In this document: piece after piece, positions 23,756-42,296 of the stretch
Layout of the letters: the number at the start of each line of letters is the position of its first letter
Position numbering within the stretch: the first letter of the stretch is position 1
DNA from: the human T2T-CHM13v2.0 reference genome, Homo sapiens
Length of the DNA stretch: 64,000 nt
Direction: 5' to 3' (one strand)
Assembly (NCBI RefSeq): GCF_009914755.1
Contig: NC_060932.1
Position numbers and translations under genes: made by a program
The notes under the pieces: generated by a model
What the model saw: only the letters and a program-made list of their open reading frames with translations
Told to the model about the DNA's origin: nothing
The model's database searches: none

Positions 23756-25788
23756 TGTGAATTTTAAAATTATTCACGAATGTCTAACTTATACAGTGTC
23801 TTTCTCTCAAAACTATGTAGTACTCCATTATCTTAAAGGTCATCCACTGACAACATTTATGATGACTGTGCCACTTCCTAACTCTGAGGAGTGGGGACGG
23901 CAGCGTTCTGTTACTATTGGGAAGACAATGTTAATTATTAGAATCTTCGCGTGAAGGTGTCAAGTCGGTCTTGAATTTTGCAGAGGCAGTCTAAAGCTCA
24001 GGGTAGCTGCGGAGCTGCTGGGGCTTCCCTTCCCCCTTGGGGTGTAGAGGGGTACCCTAAGGACCAACTACTGAGATGGAGGATGCTTGTCTAACTCCAA
24101 GAATCTGAGAATTCCGCAAATAAGTAAAACAGATGTTTTTTCTAAATGAGGAGGCTGTGAATTTACCAAACATACGTATACTACTGTTTTACAGAGAGAC
24201 TCTTTCAGCTAAGAGCTGGGTAATTCAACTTTTTTTTCCCCCTATCACAGCCTAATGTATAGGACGCTGGGGCATACACTTCCCCTTGTAGAAGTCTAGA
24301 AGTCAACTAAAGCCCACAAATGGGTACCCAAAGGTATAAAAGGTATGGCCTTGCATTGTTTGAATTTTTCCCTGTGTAAATCAGGCAAACTAACACTGAT
24401 ATATGCGAGGCCTTATTAACCTGGGGATAAACATGCTGAAAGTCAAATGAGAAGTAAGCTATTACATTTAACAAATTCAATAGTGATTATTATAGTTGTA
24501 ATGTCAAGATACTGTCATATTAAGGTTTAAAATCTTTAAAATGAATGCTTACTGAAGAGTCAGAATCTTAAAGTTAGTCTGTTTTGAAAACAATTTTTCT
24601 CCATGCAGGTGGACTCCTAGGAAGTTGGTCCAGTTAATCTGAATAATTTATGTTTAGCTAATTAAAAAGTTGAAAATTTGAAAAAAGAAGAGAACCAGTG
24701 TTTTATAGATATTAGCAAAATAAACACACAAGAAATTTTAAGCATAAGTTAACAGAGGAATTTTAATTGTTTAATCCTGTGAGTAAATCAAACAGACAAA
24801 AATAAGAAACTGATGGCTGTACTATATTCTTGTTGGCCAAGATATTAATCCACACCATTATGCAAATATGTCTCTATAATTTCTAGTGAATACTAGGTGT
24901 GTAACTTTCAACACCTCTGTTCTAAAGGGATGTGATCAGGTCAAGAGGTCATTTTTTAATCAATAATTAGCTTCAGATTTTATAAATACTATAGCATTTG
25001 ATAAAACACTAATTCCATACATTATTCAAAAAATCTCCTTTTAAAGAAGGTATAAAGATTTTTCAATAACACAGAGCTTTTCTGGCTGAATAATAAATAA
25101 ATATCTTAAATGCTTAAGACTAATTGATACTAATAACCTGCATCTACCAGAAAACTGAAATTGTAAGAGTTCTCACACTTTGAAAAGACAGAAGACCAAA
25201 GAAATTCTCTTGAACTGTTGGAAATTTTCAGTTCTCTTTTGGGAAAGAAAAATGTTCTAGCTGCAAAGCCTGGCTAATTAAAGTCCAAACTACGTATGTA
25301 TGAGAAGAATTCACAACGGCTAGAGGAGACGTTCTTTTGTGTAAAGATGCTGACCGCTGTGGTGAAAACAGGAGAACTAAGAACTTGTTGGTGCCCTTTT
25401 CCTAGAGCTCTGAGAGCGGCTGGCCCTTGGCAGGGGTCATGATTCCTTTCCAGCAATCAGAGAGCAAGCTACCAGGAAGCTCACCAAGACACGCTGTTAA
25501 AGCCTTGCTAAAATGTGCTAAGATGCTGTGCTAAGCTGGTCAGGTCTTACCTACCTGAATTACATCTAAAGTGGGGCTGGGTGAACATAGGGGTGGTGGG
25601 GGGAATTTCTGCCCAGAGAGCTCTTTGCTGTCTCAAGCTACCAATGTGTTATGTGCTGCTCTAAACAACCCTGTGCTTCTAGAACCTTGGTTAGCCTGGC
25701 TGTGATCAAGATGCACAGTCACCCCACACAGCTCGCTGAAAGAAACAAAGGGAAGAAAGAAAGAGAAAACGCTACTTGCAGTACTTAC

Positions 25789-26435
25789 TGAATTGGCTTC
25801 TTTTTCCAAAGCAGGGCATGAATCGTTGCTTGCTGGATTCTTTGGTATAGCAAGTTCAGACTTCTTAGCTTTTGGCTCAGCTTTGCTTTCTTTGGCAACT
25901 GGTTTTGTCACAGATTTGGAGGGACTCCACTTGTTAGCGGATGGCTTGTGCACCAGTGCTGAGGAAGACTGGCTGGATCCATCGCCGTCCTCCACGTCTA
26001 CTGGAGGGTGCTGGGGGGCGTTCAGCTTCACGTAGTAGCCGTGATACTGAGAATGCAGCTCCCCGTTACTGGGGTTGGGGATGTGGTGGCGGCCAGAGTA
26101 CTTGGACTGGGGCACAACCGCTCCTGCCTCCTTCGTGGGAGCCTTTGACATCAAGGGCTTATTGACAATGGCCGTCACCTGCTCATCAGCCACACTCCTT
26201 TTGTCTTGGTTGAGTCTCGCCCCTGAGCTGGGGTTTTGCTTCTTCAGGGGCTTTGGGGAGGAAGCAGGAGAGTGGCTGTGTTTGGGACTTGCCTCAGGAG
26301 ATCTTGGGGGTGTCGTGCCTTTGCGATAAAAATGAGGAGACTCCTTTGGTGTAGGTGGCTTTTCTGGTACCTTTTCTTCTGGATTTTCTTTAGCATCTAC
26401 ACCTTCCTGAAATCTCTGTTTGACGTAATCAGGGC
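25789..26435 (-). CDS. JPH1: Junctophilin-1 large coding exon (probably exon 4; divergent Pro/Ser/Lys-rich region)
   Basis: Long poly-T tract then ccag|GC CCT GAT TAC = (G)PDYVKQRFQEGVDAKENPEEKVPEKPPTPKESPHFYRKG...CPALEKEANS, ending TCA|gtaagt. 647 nt and open throughout; overlaps ORF-track 25633..26193. Confidence 0.96.
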
Positions 26436-29015
26436 CTGGCCAAAAAAAAAAGAAAAAAGAAAAAAAGAAAGGAGGTATATATACATATATTTTGCTAAAT
26501 CAGATTAACCTTTTCTCTTTTAAAAATAATATATTCATAAGGCTTTGACTAAACACATATTTCATTCTCTGGGGAAAAGTTTATTTATTATGGAAAGGCT
26601 GCTTTTAAGATAATACAGAATCTAAACAGTTCTGGCTTCCCTGATAATTGCATTCTTTCTGCCTACTTGCAGAATACAGAGGCAAAATTCATGTTGATGG
26701 AACATTGGTCGCAATATCATAATTAATCTGCTTGTTCAAATTATGTGGTGTAACTAAGACACAGAAAGTGTATACTTGTACAAGGAAGTAAGCTGACTAC
26801 TGTAAGCATCTGAAAATTTAATAAAGTATACTGTAAGAGGAGAACCTGTAGATAACATATTTTTAATGATCTGTCATCAAACATGCACTAAAACTTCCTA
26901 GTTTGAAACAATTTCTGAGGCTTAGGTTGCACGACACAAAGTCACTTCCATGTAGTCCATTCACAGCTATGGAAAACACGGATTTGCACAAGCAGTGTTT
27001 TGCAGGTATCAAAGTCAAGACAAGGCAGTTGTCTCTGGTTCTGTAGCTTCAAGATTTTTTTTTTCCTTTTTTATATACCTCAGGATTGTTTATAAAAATC
27101 TTGTTACTTTTTTATAAATGGGAACAAATTTTCATTAAAAAAGAGGCTATTCTTCTGACAGAGGAGGAAAAAATGAAAAAAAAAAAAAAAAAGTGGCCCT
27201 GCTGCATTGTTATTTTACAGGGAGTGAGCTATAAAGAAACAGAGTGTGTGCCACAAAATGTCCAGGCCCTGGGAACTCGAGGAGGCTGTGGTCTGGAAAG
27301 GGGCATCTCTGGGCTGAGACAGAGACCTTAGACTTCTAGGGCCTTCAGCTCTCAGCAAGTCATGTGCGTACTTTGGCTACCACTCCACCCATCTGCCACT
27401 TTTCGCCTCATAAGGTGAGGTCAAGGTCACATGCAGTGCAACTGACCCTCTTCCTCACAAATGGGCAGAAGCTGACAATGTCTCTTGAGTATACATGGAA
27501 GACACTGCCCCCACCGACATGCTTATAGAGAGTTGACAGGCTCTTGTCAATTCCACAACACTGCATCTGTTCATTTTCCTTCCTGCCTTCTACCCCCAAC
27601 CCTTCACCCCAGACAAACTCACTAACTCACTAAAAGATTTACAGAGGGACTGAACAGCAATTATCCTTAATTGTGAAACTACATACTGCACACTTACACT
27701 TGTAATTGCTCTTCCCATGGTGGTCTGAGTAATAAGTTATTGTAATGAGGCTGCTATTTAATTATACAAGGAATTTTCCAAAATTTAAAGCCTCACCAAA
27801 ATCTTAGGGAGTAGGTGTTATTATCCCCATTTTACTGAAAGGGAAACAGCTATAGCAACTGAAAAAAAAATCACATAGCTCCCATTATCTTTTCAGAAAA
27901 AAACATAATGCAACACATAATATTTTAAAGCCAGAGACAAGAATTCCTGAGCACCCACCATCGCAAGTTATACTCAGGGCACAAAACATAATAGTATTAT
28001 CACAGTTTCCACCTTCTAGAAGATACATCCACTCCTGGGGATTCAAGTTTCCCAAATTTGTCAAGATCGCACATGGACAATTGAGACTTCCTTTCTAAAC
28101 TGGGTAAGCTCCCCCTTTACATAACTGACAATTTTCTTTTAATTCCTCCATCAAAAATGGCAATGTTAATTCTTAGGCCAGTGAAAGTTATTTTGAATGA
28201 CAAAAAGCAGCAACTGCAAGCATTCAAAAGGCGATGTCCTTCTGTTTCTGAATTCTTTCTTGGTGCTGTGTGTCTGGACATAGCATTAAGGGGAAAAAGG
28301 GCAGCATGAGCACAAAAAAGTTATCTTTCATCAGCTGAACTGTCCCTGCTCTTTAAAACTCATCAGGTCATTGATACTAGTCTGTCATGGAGAAGCCCCT
28401 TGTGATTCACCTGCAGGCATATTTTAACAAAACCCCTCTTCTTCTGTGATAAAGTATATTCTCTAATACATCTTGATGCAGTGTGATGTTTACATACTTT
28501 TCCCTCACTTCTCTACCCAAAATTTCACTATGGTTGGTTTTATTTGTGCTTTACTGATATTCAACTTCATAGCATTACTAAAATACCCATCTAGGTATGG
28601 TAGTGGATGTACTTTGCAAAGATAATTAAAATAGTCAAGGGCCTTGGAGCCAACGGACTTTTAATTTAAGCCACTTAATGCTGAAACAATTACATAAAAT
28701 ACAAAGTGCTTTTAACATCTTTGATCTAAAGATAAATGCAAGTTATTTTTGCATAGAAAAATTGCCAATATCTACTAAGATTAAGGCACATTAAAAGCTA
28801 ATGTTTAACTTAAATATACAGAAAAGAGTGAAAAAATAGACTCTGGCAAACATTTTTCGTTATGCATTCTCAAAGTTGGAGGGAAAAGGTAAAGAGTCAC
28901 TGCGCCCTGAGAAATGAAGCTGTCACAAAGCCCATGCATTTCACTTAGAAGATGTAAGACCATGAGATTGTAGCTTACAAATTTAGGATTTAAATCTTTG
29001 TGATGCCCTCGTCAC

Positions 29016-29155
29016 AAAAAAATGTCATTTTTTTGAGGTGATAAATAGGTTAATTAGCTTGATTTAATCATTCCATATTGTATTAAGAAATTGTAACATC
29101 ACTTTGTACTTCATAAATATATACAACTATAACTTATCAATATATACATTAAAAA
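29016..29155 (+). mobile_element. L1MA 3' terminal fragment
   Basis: TGAGGTGATAAATAGGTTAATTAGCTTGATTTAATCATTCCATATTGTAT...AACATCACTTTGTAC...ATAAATATATACAA. Confidence 0.7.
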
Positions 29156-31396
29156 CATTAGGATGTATCCTAGTGACCTTCAGCACCATCAGTATAGGTG
29201 GATAGGCCAAGGTGAGACTGATTTGGCCGTTGGAATAATTTGTATTAATGAACTTATGAAGCTAAATTTTGGATTCCATTGAAAGTATTTCTTATGATAT
29301 TTATCAACTCTCAAATACTGGTCTAATCACTTCTTTAACCTTTAGAAATCTGATGTGTCACCTCTTTGGACACAGTTTTCTTGTCCTAAATGCAGTAAGA
29401 AAGGCATGTCTTACATGATTACTCATGCCCACTCTGCTAAGATGAGTTTAGGTATACTCACTCAAATTGATCTACAGGGCTTCTGATGATACTCAAAAAT
29501 GATGAGCTCAAAGAATTTACTAGAATGGTGGAAGTACATTTTAGCATCAACTTTCACATTTAAAAAATTCCTAGCTTTATTATGCATTCAAAAAATATCT
29601 GGGTAAGGGAAAAAATGCACTCCTAAGCAGGGGCGCCTATGCTTGCTGCCTATCAGAGCATCTGAGGTGTTATGGCCAGATATTTTAATAAGTATGAATT
29701 GAAGCCTAGAAATATTAATGTTTAACAAATGATCCGAGTGATTCTAACGCACTGGGTTATAGGCATTTGACACTATGCTAGCAATATGTTGATACTGCTT
29801 GCATTGATTGGTTATATTGCTTGGTTCATATGTCCATAGCACCAGCCTTACATGACTACATCCTGTTGGAAATGGTTCCAACGTGGCACAGTCATACAAG
29901 TCCTAGCCAACTAAATGAGGATATACAGTTAGATTTTCCAGAGGAAGATTAAATGCTTTTAAAACAAGACGTTTAATATAATGCAGAAGACAGAAGTTTT
30001 TCCTGGACTATTTTCTCTTGGAAGGCACATGTTGTGCCTGCTACTTGTTCTGTGTAGTAAATGTGTGTCAGCATTGCAGAGCCAGCAACATAAAGTTGAT
30101 GAGATGCAGCGGTTCATTAAAAAGACTAGTCAGAATATTGCCAGGGAGGGAAATTATGACAAATGTTGATAGTTGTTGCAGTCAGCATTTTCATCTGTTT
30201 TTATAGACAGTATCTATGAATCCCAAAGGATTTTCTCCCCCTGGAGACTCATATTGGGAAGAAGTCAGATACAGGTCACCCGCTCACGGACATGGCTGCC
30301 ACACAATGTGAAAAAAGAAACAACATTCAGCATGCCATCCACCAACACTCAAAGGTTACTCGTTACAGTTGGCACGAAGGCTCTGAACAGATATGGCAGA
30401 TGGTGGCAGCAGGGTATCCAGCTAGTTCTTCAGAGGTGAGCCTCGGTGGGCTGGCTATGGGCAGAAGCACCATAAAGATTCCCCAAAACAAATTTCTATG
30501 AGGGCAGTGCCAATATCAAATGCTTTGTAGCAACAGCAGTAGTCATTAAGTAGAAATTAGACATTTTCTGTGGAGACTGACAATCAGTGAAAAGAGGACC
30601 AGATTGAAAGAGTCTAAAAAAATTGTGTAACTGGTAGCAGGATCACTTTTTGTGTTCAATATAGAAAGAACACTCCTTTCCTATAGGACTTCACAGTCCC
30701 GTCTATAACAATCCTGCAATTTCTGTGACCACAGCCATAGTGCTCTGGTCTGCAAACTGTGGGACATCCTTTCTAGTACCCTGCACTTGGCTGGCACTCA
30801 ATACCCATTTGTGAAACTGAATGTACTGGAATGAATACGTGGTATGAGTAACCAGCAAACTCATGAATTATTAATTTCATGTCAACTAGTGGATTATTCA
30901 GTTTCCCTTTTTAATGAAAAAATTTATTCATAATTTTGGGTTTGGAAGGTGAGCTTAGAAGTCATCTATTCCAGGATGCTTCCCTTTTCTTAACCAAATC
31001 CATGACATATTAATGATAGGCCTAGACTATTATGTAATGGAGCTATGCTTTGATTTCTGAAGTCTTCTAATTCATACCAGAAATGCAAGCTTAGTTAACA
31101 CTGGTCCATAATAACCTGTGCTAAAGACTTCACTCTAAATAATTGATGCACTGTGTGTATGAGTACATTTATGCTTAAACATGTGAAGACAAAGCTCGTT
31201 GGGGATGATACCCAGAGAAGCAGGCTGGCTCTCTCCCAAGAGGGCTCCAAGTACTAAATTTACCACATTCCAGGGCAGTGTTTTAATTTCTTTAACTCAT
31301 GCTCAGCCCCTGCCTCCATCAATAAATACAAAAATTTTACATGCTACTTAATATCACTTGAAATTAAAAACAAAATGAATCTCTCGACTAAAAGGA

Positions 31397-31692
31397 TTTT
31401 TTTTTTTTTTTTGAGACGGAGTCTTGCTCTGTCACCCAGGCTGGAGTAAGTGGCACCATCCTGGCTCACTGCAACCTCTGCCTCTCAGTTCAAATGATTC
31501 TCATGCCTCAGCCTCCCAAGTAGCTGGGATTACAGGCATGTACTACCAGGCCCAGCTAATTTTTGTATTTTTAGTGGAGATGGGGTTTCACCATGTTGGT
31601 CAGGCTGGTCGTGAACTCCTGGCCTCACATGATCTGCCCGCTTTGGCCTCCCAGAGTGCTGGGATTACAGGCATGAGCCACTGTGCCTAGCC
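31397..31692 (-). mobile_element. Alu (old S/J type)
   Basis: Poly-T plus full reverse Alu dimer. Confidence 0.9.
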
Positions 31693-31808
31693 TAAAAAGA
31701 AACTGAAACAGTGGGAGAAAGAGCCACAAATCTAGTCTCCCAATCTTCCTTTCCAGGAAGGGGCAGGGCCCCGGTCCCCCCTGCTTCCTCAGTGGTTACC
31801 CTCTAAAG

Positions 31809-31993
31809 CAAGCTTGTACAACCCGTGGCCCAACACAAATTCATAAACTTTTCTTAAAACATTATGAGATTTTTTTGGTGATTTTGTTTTAGCTCCTCAG
31901 CTATCATTAGTGTTAGTGCATTTTATGTGTGGCCCAAGACAATTCTTCTTCTTCTTATGTGGCCCAGGGAAGCCAAAAGATTGGACACCCTTG
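31809..31993. mobile_element. MER30 hAT-Charlie MITE
   Basis: MER30 motifs (GTGGCCCAACACAAATTC, GCTATCATTAGTGTTAGTG, GGCCCAGGGAAGCCAAAAGATTGGACACCC); perfect 8-bp hAT TSD CTCTAAAG (31801-31808 and 31994-32001). Confidence 0.88.
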
Positions 31994-33016
31994 CTCTAAA
32001 GCCTATGTCACCCTTGCTGGCATAGAAACCTGATTTTACCAGCACTTTGAAGCAGAGCCATCCCTTGGGGCAGACTCACATTACCAAAGCTCACCAGACT
32101 GACGTACAATCCTAGAAGGCCAATTTACTAGTTTACAATGAGCAATGTAAATGTCACATAGGTCAGGGGACTCATGCTGATACTACCAGTACATGCTCTC
32201 CTTGTTGGCAGAACTCCATGGAAAGCTCAGCCAAAATTAGAAAGTTACTGGTGAACATGGAATCAGAACAAGAAGCATGAGCTGAATCAAATACGTAATG
32301 GCATCAAGCTGGGCTAGCCTGATACATCCATTTCCTGAATCAGGGTGATCTTGCCAGTAAAGCCATATACCATGGCCATAGTTCCCTGCATCCTTCCCCA
32401 TAATAGAAACGTCCTTGCCAATGTGAGAGCAGTCTTCCAAGGTTCTGGCTCAGGCTTCTCCTCCTCTGGACAGTGTTGGGATGAACACTGCCAATTTTTG
32501 CCTCTGTGACTCTTTTTTCTATACTTCCTTGGGTGACCAATTTTTCTTTAGATGTTTTTATAACCCAATCAGGTTACAAGGAAATCCTGTGGTTCTTAAA
32601 GCCATCCTATTACTTAGGATCACCTGATCTACCTTTGTGTAGTTTCAGGGACTCATTTTCAAGCTGAACTCTCAGAGGGCAATCTTCTAAGTTCTTGGGG
32701 GATGACTCACTGTGTCACTCCCACTAATGGCAATTTAGGTTTCTGTGCATGTACACAGTTATCTATATACACATTCACAAACATCCATTTGTATGCTTTC
32801 GGTTTATTAGAGCTTAACCCTTTGGGGGAGAAAGCCATCCCACATGGCTTTGTTTTTTTCTTTAATGACAAAAGTTATTATTTTATTTAAAATTTTTTTG
32901 ATTAATCTACATATAATCTACTAGCAACCTTTTTTTCTACTTCTTGCTTTTATAATCAAGAGGCTATGTTTTTTCTTTAGTTTCTAACTGAATTGTAGAA
33001 TAATACAGTTTTTTAA

Positions 33017-37803
<4,787 letters not shown>

Positions 37804-37814
37804 AAAGAACTCAA

Positions 37815-38023
37815 ACAAATTTACAAGAAAAAAACAACCCCATCAACAAGTGGGCGAAGGATATGAACAGACACTTCTCAAAAGAAGACATTTATGCAGC
37901 CAAAAGACACATGAAAAAAAGCTCATCATCACTGTTCATTAGAGAAATGCGAATCAAAACCACAATGAGATGTCATCTCACACCAGTTAGAATGGCGATC
38001 ATTAAAAAGTCAGGAAACAACAG
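37815..38023 (+). mobile_element. L1PA internal ORF2 fragment, host element, right part
   Basis: Resumes exactly where the left part stops (GAACTCAA|ACAAATTTACAAG) and ends abruptly at GTCAGGAAACAACAG with no 3'UTR or A-tail. Confidence 0.9.
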
Positions 38024-40163
38024 AATAATGCAGTTTTAAACTAAACAACATAAGATTTAATTAAGATGGAAAATATCTGAAAATACTGCCAGCTCCTGAA
38101 AATAGGTAATTTGCCATGGAAGCGTTCAACATGTAAGCTATGACAGGCATCTTTTATTCCAGGGTTAACAACTTCTATGCACGAACACATGCATTCCAAA
38201 CAATGGAGACTTTTATATCTGAGATATGTAAATTAAATGGCCAGCCTAATTTAGAAGTACTTGAAAGCCCTTTTCGAAAATGTCTATCTGATTTGCTCAC
38301 CCTGTAAATGCAAAGTGGAGAGCATGAGTTATGCTCCCTTAAGAAGATCAATAATACCCGCGACAGAAAAGGCTTTCTATACAGTTGCTGAAGAAAGTGC
38401 TGGCTGTGTGTCAAAGGGGACTGCAGCCTCCCCGACAAGCTCTGGTCTCAAATAGACCCGCTGTCGTCCATGCTACTGTGATGTATTCATTCCTGACGGA
38501 CAACTTGCTTATATGAAGCTGTTTTAGCTAAGAAAGGGTGGCATTACATTTTCCCACAATATTTTTTTTCCCTTCAAATGCTTTTACACCAGAAAAGGCT
38601 TTTAAAACCATTCAGTCTGGGAAACCAAGATGATCTTTCGTATCATTTACCTCTTGTTAACACCTGATAGAAATCTAAAGGGACCCCATTCCCCAACAGA
38701 ATTAACAGAACCAAGAAATTACCATCTGCAGACAACAGTAAGTTTGTTTGCTTTCAAAGCCGCTCAAGCCCAGTGCCTCCTGATCAGTCAGGTTCTTTCC
38801 AATGGCAGCACTGCTAGGGAGGAGAGAACAATTTCTCCTGGGTGGCTGAACCCTTTTCCCAGCTCTCACGCCCTGGAACAGCTAATTTGCCAATATACGT
38901 AGGTACCAGGGAAGTATGAGTTCATTTCACGCCAGAGGAGAGTTTATTCCTACCAGAGGTCGCTGCAAAAAATGGAAAGGTTCCTTTTCCTAAAAATTGC
39001 ATATATATAAAAAATGATTTAAATCTCAACCAGAGGTTTAAAAGAGATGCGTGTGAAAGAAAATACCCTTCTCAGTGGTTGCCTTGGACTTGAACTCTTA
39101 GAGAAGTCACTCTGTGATGATGATATCTATCATTCAACAACCACCTTGGGTCCCTCCCCAGCCTTTCTCTTATAAAAACCGAATCTTCTTTGCCTGGCCT
39201 TTTACAGTCTTCTTTCTTTGCAGGAACCTCCTGCCCCCATTCTCCAGGTCATTTCTCATTGCTCCATCCTTGATTATAGCCAAGTTTCTAGCTTTTCTAC
39301 AAATCTTGCTATTTTGTTCACTTTGACTTACATCGTTCGTTAGGACTCAGTGATACCCTGTGGGTTCCGACAGCGTATACCCCTCACCAGAGCCAAACAT
39401 GTATCGAACACCTACCTCATGCAGGGTGCTGGGCTAGGGACAGGATGCTAGTTATACAGCTTGATTTAATAAAAACCAGTGTGGAAAAATCCTTTACCAA
39501 GAAATGTAACTTTTAACATAAATTGAAAACATTTATTTTGGTTTCTTCACCTAGAAATCTGTTGATGCCTCAAACAATCACGGAGAATATATATAAATAG
39601 GTGAATATTGCCTTTTTGAAACTCAAAACAAAAACACTAGTATATTATAGAGAGGGGTAGAAAGAGTCTACTAGGAAACTACTAGAAAGTGAATTAAGAA
39701 TTTAAACTATTGCAAATATTTGTTGATTGCTATTTTGTAACATCTGAGAGGCAGATGACCAAGATCGATTTTTTTGAGGTTGTCACTTTTATTTCTTCCA
39801 TTGTGACATGCATTTTCCTCTTACTCTGTGCAGATTAATCTCTTTAAGTGGTATGCTGCTATACTTCCTAACCACAGTCCTTTGAACTTTGAACTTTAGT
39901 TCAGATACGTTAAAAAAAAGTCACAGTACTGACTGGCTCTTCTCTTACTACTAAAAGTGCCTCTGAATTTGGGGGTATTTGTTATAGAATCTGTAGCTGT
40001 CACTAAAATAATTTCTTAGAATCAGATATTTTAGATTCTTGTCTAGTTTACTGCTATCAGCTCAAACTTTGTTGGTCATATGTAGAGGGGAGGAAGGGTG
40101 AGACTCTGGGGAATAACCCATCTCCAGGGCTAACACTCAGACCTCGGGTGATATTTGTTACTA

Positions 40164-40507
40164 CAAGTTGAACATTCCTAATCCAAAAATCTGAAATGCT
40201 CCAGAATCCAAAACATTGTGGGCACCGACACGATGCTACAAGTGGAAAATTCCACATGACCGATGGTCACAGTCAAAATGCAGTCAAAACTTTGTTCCAT
40301 GTGCAAAATTATTAAAAATATACTATAAAATTACCTCCAGGCTATGTGTATAAGGTATCTATGAAACATAAATGAATTTCGTGTTTCAACTTGGGTTCCC
40401 AGCTCAAGAGATCTCACTGTGTACATGCAAATACAGAAAAATATCAACAAATCTGAAATCTGAAACACTTCTGGTCCCAAGCACTTCAGATGAAGGATCC
40501 TCAACCG
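40164..40507. mobile_element. Tigger4b/MER46B-like DNA transposon
   Basis: TA|CAAGTTGAACATTCCTAATCC...CAGGCTATGTGTATAAGG...CTGAAACACTTCTGGTCCCAAGCACTTCAGATGAAGGATCCTCAACCG, with degenerate TIRs. Confidence 0.8.
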
Positions 40508-40644
40508 CAGGCGCCCTTGCTTGTTTTGTATAATAGTACTGCTGGGATTCAGGAAGCACACATCTTTATGTTGAAAGGAAAAGGAAATAAAAGCAAGCCA
40601 AAGCCAGTGCTCCTGCCTCACCCATCAAAGGAGCACTGTTTTAC

Positions 40645-40763
40645 CTGGTTGGTAGAAATCAGGTGACAGCTCCCTGGCCACAGCTCTCGCGATGTCGCAC
40701 TCCTGGCGAGCGGCCAGCGCGGCCTGGTCGGCGGCATCGGCCTTCGCTCTGGCATGTGCAGTC
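40645..40763 (-). CDS. JPH1: Junctophilin-1 internal coding exon (probably exon 3; alpha-helical region)
   Basis: Minus strand reads tag|G ACT GCA CAT... = (R)[39 protein letters not shown](G), then |gtaa donor. 119 nt. Acceptor has a CTGAC branch-like motif and pyrimidine tract. The peptide matches the junctophilin alpha-helical domain, and the phase joins the next exon in frame. Confidence 0.96.
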
Positions 40764-42296
40764 CTACACGGGGCACAAAAGGACGAGTCAGCATAGGTGA
40801 CCCCTTGTTACTTACACAGGGACAAGCAAATTGTAATCTGGGAAAAGAAATGTTAATTATGATTATGGCCCGACACCCACAAGAGCAAAAATTTTAGAGT
40901 CCTATTGCCGTGAAATTTCAATGAAGATGACATAGATGAAACTAAACTACCCATGAATTGCCTTAGCCCTTCTCTCAAGGGAAATGAAAAGTAAGAGCAA
41001 GGTCTGTGTAGCTTGATGCTAAGTGTGGTTTTCAAAACTTACTGGATCAAATCTCCTGTTGACTTTGGTTGGCATTCCTCCCCCCCACCTAAAATTATGG
41101 AAAGTAGAATTAGAACATATAAATTAATAGTGTTTATCAAATTCATTTCTACGGTACAATCAATGTAAGAATTTGACTAAGAAAGATCTGCCCACTGGCA
41201 TGCTGGTGAAGTAGCTCTTTGAAGAAAAAAATTAGTGAAATGGGGATTGGTAGTGTTTATTCATATCCATGTGTAAATGTTCTCACCGTGGCCAATTTCA
41301 GGCTACCAGCATAATGCCGTTGGATGTGCAGTGGGGAGATGTGCACTATTGGTGCTCACCAGCAGGAGCAAACCACAAGGCCCGCTCTAAGAACATGCTC
41401 AGAAGGGTTCCTGAGGAGCCCATTTAGCTGACTTTTAGGCATGTTTCTTGTATGAACCAAAAAGGAGACAGCGAGGCAGAACTGGCAAGGATGAAATGGA
41501 TCTTTCAGTCTTCCATCGCCTCCCTGGCCTGTCCTCACTCATGGAAACCTCTCATCTTTCTGGAGGACTAGGGTTATGCGGAAAGTGGCAGGAAAAAGAA
41601 TAGGGCTTCTTATGGCTGCACCAGGGAATGATGTCTACTGGCCCCAGAGAGGGTTGGAGGGAAGAAAAAAACTCTGGTTTATCTGCTCTGCAAAGGGAAA
41701 GGCCTTGTCCCGTTAGTCTTTAGATGTTTATGGGTACCTATTTCTTATGACTTTGTAAATTTTCTATTATATTTTATTAGCACTAGGCAGGGCTATAAAT
41801 AACTAGCAGTGAAAACTTAATGGAAGTCTGAAAAAGGTGCTTACACTTATGTTGGAGACAGCAGGAGAGAGGAGGAGTTGGGAAAAGGCATGGGCTTTGG
41901 ATGCTCTTCAGGGAGAACACACGGGCAGCAGCTGGAGGAGGCTGGCAGGCGGAGCTCCTGGGACCAAAACACGGAGGCACCGGGCCTGGCCTGAGACAAG
42001 GGGGTCTACTGGTAGGAGGCCCCCTTTTCACATTACTCTCTTCAATAACCTCCTCTTGTCCTGTGCTCTCACGGGACTCCTTTCACTTCTATTTAGGATC
42101 TAAGCAAGCCTGAAGGCTTGATGTATTAGAATGTAAGCTTTGTGAAGATTGGAATTTTTAATTTTTGGTCCTCTGTCATAATCCCAAAGTGCAGAACGCT
42201 ACATTGGCACATACTATTTATTGAGGGACCACTTTATGAATAAAGGAATGAATGATGCTTCCTTAGGAAAAGCTGGGTAGTTCTTAAAACTGAATG

